Assembly: GCF_003704095.1 (NCBI RefSeq)
Contig: NW_020844063.1
Coordinates: 62,001-126,000 of the forward strand
From: Pocillopora damicornis
Lineage: Eukaryota
Length of the DNA stretch: 64,000 bases
Direction: 5' to 3'
Positions 29,501-41,500 of this stretch are shown in pieces. Position numbers and translations under genes: made by a program. The notes below the pieces were generated by a model, which saw nothing but the letters and a program-made list of their open reading frames with translations, was not told the origin of the DNA and ran no database searches. Positions within the stretch are counted from its first letter, which is position 1; every line of letters begins with the position of its first letter.

Positions 29501-32500
29501 NNNNNNNNNNNNNNNNNNNNNNNNNNNNNNNNNNNNNNNNNNNNNNNNNNNNNNNNNNNNNNNNNNNNNNNNNNNNNNNNNNNNNNNNNNNNNNNNNNNN
29601 NNNNNNNNNNNNNNNNNNNNNNNNNNNNNNNNNNNNNNNNNNNNNNNNNNNNNNNNNNNNNNNNNNNNNNNNNNNNNNNNNNNNNNNNNNNNNNNNNNNN
29701 NNNNNNNNNNNNNNNNNNNNNNNNNNNNNNNNNNNNNNNNNNNNNNNNNNNNNNNNNNNNNNNNNNNNNNNNNNNNNNNNNNNNNCTTGTACCTAACTGG
29801 TTAAAATTCATCTGTTAACTCATCAAATTGTATGACAAACGTTGTTTGTTTAGTCGTTACCTTCTCTACAGCCATAGAATTCTGCTCGCAGGGAAATGTA
29901 CCCTTGCCATGTGATTGGGTTTATGCGAACGCACTTTGAAATGTGGGGGATCTTAAGGTCGTGGCTAACGANNNNNNNNNNNNNNNNNNNNNNNNNNNNN
30001 NNNNNNNNNNNNNNNNNNNNNNNNNNNNNNNNNNNNNNNNNNNNNNNNNNNNNNNNNNNNNNNNNNNNNNNACCGTCCGTTTCTCGCACCCATGGAGTTA
30101 ACATTGTACGATGTGGAGGCACGCAGAGCTGAATCAGGAATTTGGTAGTTCTGCAATCCTAAAATTTTCTTACACTCTTCAGTAGGGCCTTGTTCAAAAC
30201 CTGTCAGGCGAGTAGAAAATGTAGTGAACAGGAGGAGAAATTAGTTATTAATCGCATTTTACTCTGCTATGTGCTTCACGGTAAAGTAAATCTAGTTCCT
30301 GCTTTTACTCAGCAAAAGGGATTGTTTTCAAATTGAGGGACAATTTCTCTTCTTAGTAATGAAATGTATTGCATTTGCGATGTTTAGACAGGCTGGCCCA
30401 GTTCAGCTCAAAGATGGTTTAAATGTGGGCACGTTCCCTACTCTACGTGCGAGAAGTGCATGGGTTCGTAAACGTCCCCTGCTAACCAGTACAGTGAGGG
30501 TGCAGAAGACGGTACCAGAGAAGACTAGAATGTCTAACCAATTGCGGATGTCCTAGCAAAGAGACTTAAGCCCTTGACCTCTTGCACGGTAGTCCGGCGC
30601 TTTATAACGTGAACTAACCAAGCAGGCATGATCGTAGTTAAAAAGCTCTCCGCGGAAAGACACCTAATCTATATGTCCTGTTGGCTTACCACTGAGTTTT
30701 AAGTTGCTCTGCTGTCAAAGCATCCGGCCTGAATCTGTAGTTTCCTTAGGCTAAAATATTCATTTTTTTTCCTAAGTACACAAGATCACTGAATAACAAA
30801 AGGGATCACATCGAAAACAGAATGGTACTTCTGTCGAATTCGTTACGAATTGATGACTCTGCCATATGCCTAGTGTGAATGATATCGTGATGAGTAGCAT
30901 ACCTTCCCTGCAGCCAAATAATTCCACTCTCATGCAGATGCGTCCATTCCAGGTCATAGGATGGATTCGCACGTACCGTGCTATTATTGGCTCATCAAGA
31001 ATTCGACCTTCCGCTGTATTCCTGTCGCTATTTCCAATGATCACCTTTAAATACGACACCTTCATATAAGATTCCTCCATTTTGATTAAACGAAAAACTA
31101 TCATAAATTTGACCAGCGCAGAGTATTGAAGTTTTTTTTTGTCATGGTCTTTTTTCTATTCATTTGTAAGTATTTTTTCTGTTTGTCATGTTTTTTTGTT
31201 TTGTTTTTTTTGGTTGTTTATATCGCAGTCATCAGAACACGTTTTTGTATGAGAACTTGTGAAGTCGAAGATGCAGCCGGGGGTTGCAGCAAAGGAAGTC
31301 AGGATTGGTGCGACTCCACCGTATTTTTCAAGAGGAATATGAGTTAAAATCAAATCAAATGCCTTTGCACTTCTCAGAATAGGTATAAACAAAATAAACA
31401 TAACGTTTCATGCCAAACTAATTATCACTCAGAAAGGATATTTAGCATACCTCGCCATTTTTGTAAGACTTATATTTCCCTCCATCGCTGTAGGTCAGTG
31501 TATATTTCGTAACCCACCAGTTAGCATCATATCTTCCCTGGGTCGCGATTCGGGTGACTTTTGTGATTTTTCCTAAGTCTATCTCAAGCCATTGACCAAC
31601 ATCCACGTGCTTTGAGGCCCAACCACCGTAATAGCTTCCCTCTTGCTTCATGTGTAACCTGCTTCTTTCAGGTCCAAAGTATTGGTTGTAGTCGGAAGAA
31701 GACTTCAAGGCAGAGTTAGGAATAATTTTGCTTTCCATTCCGAGAGGTTTTGCACAAGCTATTTTTGGAGGATCGAATCCTGTTGGAGAAATGTAAGGGA
31801 ACAAACATTTCTTTTCCAAGAAAGTAAGCTTCAAGACCCAATTGTTCAAAGAAGGATCGATCAATTCAAAGCTTCAACATCTCCCCCCCCCCTGGGAAAA
31901 CCCCGAGCATTTGAACTTTTGAAGACTGGTTTGTTCCGCCCATTTTTTTTGTTAATTGTAAAATCGGCGACCGTGGCTTCTACACATCATTGACCAAGCT
32001 GTAAAGCCTAAACCTTGTAAACCTTATCTTCTGAGCCATTCGCTTGCGAAGGTAAACTTTTTACCTTAACCACCTCCATATTTAAAGATATAACACCGGA
32101 AAGACTCGAAACTTCCGATTCAATTTCCCAATCCCAGCCGGACAAGGTTTAAATGATCCACCTCCCGGGCACGAAAGACGGTCAAATGCCTGTGGGTTGC
32201 CGGGGGGATATTGCGACTTTGATTGGCGTATAACGTGATGCAACGGATAAATTGCTATGTAGTGGGTGAGTGTCAGTAAAGCACACTGACGATAGGACAA
32301 AAGAAAGACAGACAATCACACCAATCCTTATAGGATCCCATTGGATCATTTACCTTTACTGCAGCCATAAAACTCTGTTCTCATTGAGATGTGTCCATTC
32401 CATTCTTCAGGATGAATTCGAATATATCGGGTTATAACTGGTTTGTACAAGGTGTTTCTTACCACTGTGTATCGATCAAAGTTCCCTTTAAAAATCTGTG

Positions 32501-35500
32501 CAAGAAAAATGTTTATGACGAATTTCAAAGAGTTGCTAACCTATTAACGAACGAACGAAAACAAACGTTCATACACCTTTTCAATGAACACCTCCACGTC
32601 AATAGATTACAGTGTGTAATAAAATGCACGTGATACTGATAGGACAAAAATGTAAGTACTTCTTTTTGCATTAGCGCCCTATCGGACATATAAGCTGGTT
32701 TGCTTCCATTTGATTAAAAGATCAGGTGCCCCTCAAACTCGCAAAGCTACGCCCTGGTTCGATTACTAGATAGATATAAATATAGTTCGGTGCAGCTCCA
32801 CGGATATATCAACAATGTAACAGTACTATCCAGTTTCTCTATGCAAAAAAGAACTGGAAAGAAGCTTCACCAGATGCCGGAGAGGGTATGCTATGTTGCC
32901 CTTACGAGGACGTGCGCATGGCTCTACTAACAACATACCTGTTTTGAAGCATGCTCGTTGTTTACAACTTCCCAAAACACAGAATCATAGCTGAAAGAAA
33001 GGCTGTACAATTTAACCCACTGATTAGAGTCCTGTCTTCCCTGTGTAGCAACAGCCGTAATTTTTCTCCAGTCTCCAAAATCAACCTGTAACCATTGCAA
33101 CAGATTGTTGGTTCCGGACGCCCAGCTGCCATATTTTCCACTGCCAGCCATAAGAAAATGAAGGCGGCCAACGGAAGGGGCATGACTGTTAACGTTGGCT
33201 GAGGATGATGCAGAGATAGCAGAGTCGGGTATCTCACCGCTTTCCATACCCAAGGCCTCCATGCATTGTGGCGCTTTTGGGACTGAATCACCTGCACGAG
33301 CCAAACGTAAAAACTGTGCGTGTTTGATATTTCAATGGGGAGGGGAACAAGTCAAGTTAATACCTATCAGTGGTTATTCATCTAGTAACCGCCTTAAAAA
33401 AGGCAGTAAGAACTGATGTAATAAAAGTCTGTTTTACAGCGTCTTTGGAAATTTTAAGTGTTTGAACTAATAGTATTAGTTGTCAAAAGTCAAATAAGAA
33501 ATCACCCTAGCGGTGGAAAGCGGATTTGATGATTTTTTAACCCTTTAACTCCCAAGATCTCATTAGTTATTCTCCTTACTGTCTGCCATACAGTTCTTGT
33601 GATGTTAGTCTGGAGAATTTGGTATTGGATCAACCAATTATCCCCTAATTAAGATTTTTCTTTATACTCATCACTTGTCTGCTTGATATTGTATTGATAT
33701 TGTAAGGAGAAATTCTCTCTTGGTCATTCATGGGAGTTAAGGGGTTAAGGATAATAAGAATCATTTTTTTCCTGTGTTATCCATGCTCAAAGTGACGTTT
33801 TCCTAGCTTCTTTCTCTCACTAAAAAAACACACTTGAAAAGTGCCTGAATCGGCAACCTTACATTTCCTCAACAGTAGCTTGAAAAGTGAGTATGTCAGC
33901 TCAGTCAGGTCTCAGCCCCTCAATCCCCCCATCCCCTCGCCCACAAATGCCATCTTTCTCGGTCTAACAGGAGAGCTTTCGCATAACTCTCTCTTATTTT
34001 TCGTAGCAAGGTTCATTTGGCCTTGTGTGGCGTTGGCGTACCTTACTTTTCTATAATTTGAAGTTCCTCTGAAAAGGCATTTTTTTCTAATATTTTAAAC
34101 ACGAAAGAACATTTACGCTCCATATTGTATGAATCTAAAGGAACTTAATGGTGCGTTGGTGACAGAAATTAAGACAATGGTAAGCAGAACGGAAGCCATC
34201 ATAGTACCATCGACAGAGCACCCATATAACTCCACCCTCAGCGAGGGATATCCTTGATATGTTTTGACGTTGATTTTGATGTAGCGAGCCATGATGGGTG
34301 GGTCAATAATCCGGCCAACGGCAGTTTTGTAGTCGTAATTGCCGTGGAAAACCTTAAAAACAATGACACGTGGAATTTGAAGTTATATCATGTATATCGA
34401 AGTAATAAAACCTTACGTCAAATAATTGCTATCATAACCCACCCATTAATTACAGCTCGATTTTATTGGCTACTTTACGTCATGTGGTGCAAAATCACCG
34501 GACAGTTTACAGCAATAATCCCTGTCTGCGTCGACATTATTTTATATTATATTATTTTATTATTTTAGACTATTATTTTACATGGAAACTACAAAAACTC
34601 GTTTTGTAGAGTCTAGTGATAGTGATATTAAAATATGCATCCGCCACTAGATCAACAGTGAAGAGTTTGCTTCTCGGCCAAATATTAATAATAAGTACGT
34701 GGAGATGAAGACGGCATATTTTATAAACGTGGCTCCGATCGTAACGAGGACGAAAGAAGTTTATTTAAACGGTGGATAAATGGCAGGATAAAATGGCAGG
34801 ACAGTAATCCAGCAGTGAACTGTTGTCGTACGAAATCCAATTAGCATGGCGAAAAAAACCACATGATAGATAAATAGCCAATCAGGAAGTTGCTGTGATG
34901 CTAAGCTACTAGCTTTTAAATTACAGTTTGCATCAACATGAGCGGCAGCAAAGAATAATAACGCACCTCATTCCCACTAATGTATGGTACAAAAGCTTCC
35001 CCATGAACACTGTATTCCAAGGTATAGGTCTTTGACCACCAGCCTGCGTCATAGCGCCCTTGTGTAGCGATCCCGGTCACGTTGGTCACTTTTTGCAGGT
35101 CAATCTGCAGGAACTGCTTATCGTCCCGGTATTGGGAAGTCCAGCCTCCATTAAAGCTACCTAATTAGCGATATCAATGACTTGTGTTAATCGGTACAGC
35201 TGCCTTATACTCGTCTACGTTATGTTCCTCCGTTGTCATCATGCAGCCAGGTTGCCACAAAAATTCATTTGCTGGGAAGCCAGCTATCTTTTTTCCTGTA
35301 CACTGTACTTTCTGTGTGTGTGTGTTTTTTTTTTCTCTTTTGAGTGGGTTTTTCGGTCTATGTTATTTAAGTTTTTAAAGGCTACAAGTGACATAAGGAA
35401 ACTATAGGTCTACAAAAAATTTCTTACCTTCTTTCTTCTCGTTCATTCTTCCGCGTTCAGGTCCCCACCATTGGTTGTAACGCGATGATGCTACGATGGC

Positions 35501-38500
35501 CGAATCTGGAATCGCGCCGTTTTCCATTCCCAGAGCCGAAAAACATTCTATCTTAGGAGCTTCGACGCCTGTTTTGAATTTAAAGAGAAAAGGTAGTCAT
35601 TCTTCTATATGCTGTGTGAAATCTTTAAACTGATTAGTAGATGTTAGAATGTTCCTCAGACGCCTTAGATACCCTTAGACACCTCATGAAGCCATGTTAT
35701 CTTCAGCTTTTCAGAAATTCAGAGATGATGACGGTAGGTCGTTTTTGATGATAATTGATAGCTACAAACATCCATTATGTAAGTGCGTTACATCCATCTG
35801 CATTACATGACATAATATTGCTATTGTAAGGTTTTTCCACTGATTGAGTTCATCATGCAGCCAGTGATTAGTTTCCAACCTCATTACGTACTTTTAAGCA
35901 ATTATGAAGCAGTCTAAAATTATTTTAAAGCGGCAGAAATACAGAAACGAGATATTGCACTCCTAATCCAAAGTTAGAGTTAAGAATCAGCTTCTTTATC
36001 AGAGAATGCATTACTCGTTAGTTGTAAAGGAATGAGATAAGCTCTGCATTTCATGCGAAATGCAATTTATGCAAGCTGAATATATATTTTCCGTGACTGG
36101 AAGAACCCTAGCATCAGTGATCTAATCCAATTTGCTTTTCCATAAGTAGATAAAAAAGTAGATTCTGGAACGCTGACGATGTTGTCTTCTCAAACGTTCA
36201 TTTAAATTGCATTTTTCATCTTTCTGACCCTAGTTGGATTAAATCGCGTTTATTTTTCTATACCCTCTCAATTTAGATAAGAAGAACAACCTGCTACCTT
36301 CAATGCAACCGTAAAATTCCGTTCTCATGGACACATGTCCATACCACTCTTCAGGATGAATCTGGATGTACCGAGTTACAACTGGTCGGTCCAGCAAGTT
36401 CCTCACAACCGTGTATCGGTCGGAGTTGCCATTGAAGACCTGTGGAAATAACAACAAGCCTTTCAAGCGTTTCACAGCAGGGATTTTACGTATACATCAT
36501 GGATGCACTTGTCAAGCAGTCAATAGCTGTAAGGTCTGATTCAAGTTCGTCTATGGAGATTACTGAGGTCTGAGCTACGTAATTTTTAGATCAACGTCAG
36601 TATCTGAGAACTGTGCACGTACCCCTTATCCCCCCCACCCTCAACCCGACAACAGTCAACTGATTACAACTAAGAGTTAATATTGGGTTATAATTACATG
36701 TAAGTGTTGTGACAAATGACCGATGGATAATAAGTGAGAAAATCTGAACCACAAATGAAAAATTCCATGAAAGGAACTGCAGAAAGTAAAGCCTTAAATT
36801 CGGGCTGGACAGGGGCTAACATCGTATCACCCAAAAATCGTTCTGCGTAAGTTTAATTCTACCGCATTTATTTTATGTCACTGATTTTAACATTTCGAAC
36901 GGAACAGAACAAATCAACCAAAGTGTAGTCGCCTAATTCTTCATCTAAGATTAACTAACCATTTTAATACCTGTTTTGAGCCTTGTTCGTTTTTAACCGT
37001 TGCCCAAAACACTTCATTATAGCTGTACGAAAGGCTGTACTTTTTAACCCATTGATTGGAGTCCTGTCTCCCTTGTGTGGCGACAGCTGTAACTTTTGTC
37101 CAACGGCCAAAATCAACCCGAAACCATTGCATTAAATTGTTTGCTCCAGCAGCCCAGCTGCCATATTTTCCACTGCCAGACATAAGAAAATGAAGTCGGC
37201 CAACGGAAGGGGCATGGCTGTTAGCGTTGGATGAGCTAAATGCAGAGATAGCGGAGTCAGGTATATTACCGTTTTCCATGCCCAAGGCATTCATGCACTG
37301 TGGCGGTTTTGGGACGGAGAAACCTAAATACCAGTGTGTAAAAACACATGTGAGAAAATAGGTGTGTTTTTTATGTGCAAAACTTTGGTGACTTTGGTTA
37401 GTTGGTGTGACGAGAAAAAAAATGGCACAGCTACGCCAAACTAAGAAAAATATTACGTAAGATATGTCATCAACGTGCGTCCTCGATTAGGCCTAAAAAC
37501 ATAGCCAGGTGTTCAAGCAACTGAGTAGGAGAGAAACCGTCTGCGAACCGGGACTGGTCTTAAAATATTGGGCCATCGAGAACTGTTAAAACAGATTGCG
37601 AGTGTGTCTGTCAAGCTAAAATTCTCTTAAGAAATTTCAAACAATAAGTGCCCTACACTTTTGTGTATGAGAAAGCCAATAAAGCTGTTAAACAGCCAAA
37701 AACCAAAATGTAAATTCGAAAGCTGATTAGCAAAAGAAGGCATGTTTCAACCAACGAACATTTTTGAAAACTGAAAACTCGTCTGACACTTAAACCATGA
37801 TTTATGAGCACGTTGGAAGGGTGGATCACAAAACGGCTTGTAAAAGATAAAAAAATATTGAGAATTTGTCTCTGGTGCGTTCGGAAGCATGCTACCTCGT
37901 CACCTTTCCCCTGTACTTCCATGGAAATTCATTTATGATACTACACATACCTTTGGTGCATCCAAATAATTCCACTCTCAATGATGGATATCCAACGAAT
38001 TCTTTGACGTTGATTTTGATGAAACGAGCTACAATGGGTGGGTTGAGGTTATGGCCAACAGCAGAAGTATAGTCAATATTTCCTTGTAGAACCTTTGGAA
38101 GATCAAAGTATTTATTCAAACAATTAAAAACATACTTTTGTTTAAACCTTGTTTGAATTCATCATGTTAATAGGGCCGAATGAAATCCAATTCGCCCTTG
38201 AAAAAAACAGCTCGACGGTGAGACAGAAGTCCGACTTTTTGATTAGGATTCTAATAACAGATAGAATTAGACAACGCAAACTCCTGTTGCCCGTAAATCA
38301 AAATGACTGTGACAGTAATTGACAAACAAAATATGAACCAGTTAAACGTATACACAAAGAGAAAAAACCACAGCAGTGGACTATTTTCCACAAGTCTTTA
38401 TAACAGCGCGAGCAAATAGAGCGCATTGTTTAATCACGTGATGAATTAACTCTCCAATTCAGTTGTCCAGTAACTGAGGAACTAGCGCTTAAATCGTGAT

Positions 38501-41500
38501 GTTGTTACCCCGCTACGATTGTAAAAGTTGGTATGGTTTAATTGATAGGCTATGTGATGGAGATATAAATTACCTGGCCATCATTATACGATAAAAATTC
38601 TCCTCCGTGTACACTGTATTCCAGGGTATAGGCCTTTGTCCACCAGCCGGCGTCATAACGCCCTTGAGTTGCAATCCTGGTCACCTTGGTAACATTCTGT
38701 AAGTCAATCTGTAGGAACTGTTTATCATCTTTGTATTGGGAAACCCAGCCTCCTTGGAAACTCCCTAATAGAAATAGAGATTATTCCATGGAAATTGTGC
38801 ACTTACGATTTTCATTCATGAGTTGCGATGCATCAAAAAAATGAACGAATGAGCGCAGTGAACAAGTGAGGTTTTTTCTTTACGCATCCAAACGCATCTT
38901 GATGCATCGCAATATTGCAACGAGAGAATGAAAATCGTTCAAGCAATTTCAATGGTATGATGTATTTATTTCATAAATACTGAGATTTTTTCACATTTCA
39001 ACTTGAAGATTGGAAGCGAACGACTATGAAAATACATCATCAGTCCAATCAGAGACACAAACGGTAGTACTTTACAATGTACTTTTCAGTAATATATGTG
39101 AAATAAATAAGCATTTGCAATTGATATCAAACATTCATCAAATCCACTTCATTTCAAGGCAATTTAGTGCATTTCTGTTAAAAAAGAGAATAAGCCATAT
39201 TTAATTTGAAGAAGTCAGGCGGCATCTTGATAGGGCAGAATCGGTTTCCCACCAAAGTTCAAATTTCGACCAAAGCTAACATTAACGGACGAGCTTAATC
39301 TAAGGTGGCTCACTAATTTTTTTGTACTTTTTCAATACATGAAGCTAGCGACCGTCAATGCTTTGCAACGTCTGCAGCATTTCATTTAAGGCATAAATCG
39401 CAATAACAGGAGCAATATTTCAACAGAGGGACTTGATTAACGACGAAAAAGGCTCAAATTCTGATTTGAATGAATCAGATAATTGAGTAAAATGTAAAAG
39501 AAAAATCTAGTGATGCACAAATGAATGGAAGAATTAATTAATCAATCAATTAAATCAATTTCCAATTCAACGTAAGTAATCCGAGAGAGAGTGCATTCCT
39601 TTTTCTTCGCCCTGTGATAGTTCCAGAAACCTCGCACCACTTTCTCAAACAATCAGGTGCCAAACTAAAACAAATCACGACTTCTTTTTTACTGCACTTT
39701 AGGTTGTTTGGTTGCTTTTTCACTTTGAGTTCTCATTGGCTCTTAAAGATATTTTTCTCTCTTCCGATTGGGCGGTATGGTTACTTTGGTTTTAGTTTTG
39801 CGACATTAAATCGTAAAGCGCTCTAATCAATCAATCAATACATACATACATACATAGATTAAACAATATCTAAACCAGTAACTAAGCCTGCTATCATTTA
39901 AAGGAGGGACCACGATACCATCAACTGCCTCGTTGAATCTTCCACGCTCAGGCCCCCACCACTGGTTATAGCGCGACGACGCTACAATGGCTGAATCTTC
40001 TATGTCACCGCTTTCCATCCCTAGAGGCGACGCACACTCTATTTTGGGGATATCAAATCCTGGTTGCGAAAAAAAAAAAAAAAGGACAGGAAAATTGTAT
40101 TATTTTAAAAACACCATCATCTTTACTACCTGGAATTATTTGAATTGCTACCTAAAAAGTAAAAACATTTTCCTATTTCTTCATTTATAATAATACCGTA
40201 ACGATATGATCGCTTGATCAACCAGGTACTCATCGGTAATGTGGCACGATAAGCGAAATTTCTTTTATGCCGCAATCCCCTTCGTGAATTTCAGGTACCC
40301 TTTTTAAAGAAAATGATTCGGCATTGAATAAAAGGATCTCATATGTTGAGAGAAAAACGTACCAGATTCACAGCCATAAAAACCAGCTCTCAAGGCAATA
40401 TGCCCATGCCAGGACCGAGGAATAATTCGCACATATCGCGCTATCACTTGTCCCCGCTCCAGCAAATGGCAAACGGGCATAAATTGGTCTGTGTTTCCCT
40501 TGAATGTCTGACAAGATACAACAAACGTTTAAAGATTAAATTAGCTAGATTTTTATAGTTTTACATCAAAATAGTTTAAAACAAAATAATTTAAAACAAC
40601 TATTCACATCTGTGTCGGTGTCACCGCTTGCCACCGAGACTGAGGTGAACAGTTTTTTTAGTTCATACTAGAACAGTGAGAGAAAATTGCACAAAAGAGA
40701 TGATTTAAACTCATTTACCCCTGTAAAGATTACAAATCCCGTGCCAATTGCTCAGAGGTGAACAGCAAAGGGTATTCGAAGTTTGACTAGCCACTCAGAG
40801 CGCGCCTTTAATACCATCCACGAAGATATACGATCTTAAGTCAGGGAGAGTTTATACATAAATCCATGTTTACTTCCGTAGTGCTTACCGCTGAATATTT
40901 GGTGCAAAGGCCGCTATTAGTTATTTTTTTCTTCTGTTTGATTTTACATTTTGCCTCTGGATAACATTAACAATTACAGACTTTCATTCCTTAGATTGTA
41001 AGAGCTGCATCGACTCGAAAATCATTTTATAATATAAAACCACTTGTTTTCTAACTATAAGAACATTTCTTCTTGAGGATATGGAATTTTCATTTCGGCA
41101 GCCAGTATTAAGAAAAGTCTATTCATCACTAAAACAAGTCGTTCATTACCCCTTGGAGCGTTCTGTAAAAGACTCCATCATAACTGAACGCCAGTGAGTA
41201 GCTGGTCAGCCACTGTGCCCCATCCAGCCTTCCTTGGGTGCAGAATCTCATCACTTGCCTCCATCCTCCTAAGTTCACTTGAAGCCATTGGTTCTGGTCG
41301 TTTGTTTTGGCCAGCCAGCTTCCAGAACCTCCCTGATACTGTTGGTAAAGACGACCTTGGCTCGGCCGGTAGTTTTTGTTATAATAGGAAGAAGCAGTTA
41401 TGGCTGAATCAGGGATTTCGTTGGGACCTTCCATTCCAAGTCCATCCATGCACGTAGGAAAAACTGGAGGTTGGAAGCCTTGAAAAGCAAAAAATAAAAA

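Noticed and set aside
29464-30156. ORFs containing long X runs
   Set aside because: Artefacts of the N gaps. Only the flanks belonging to domain 8 are coding.
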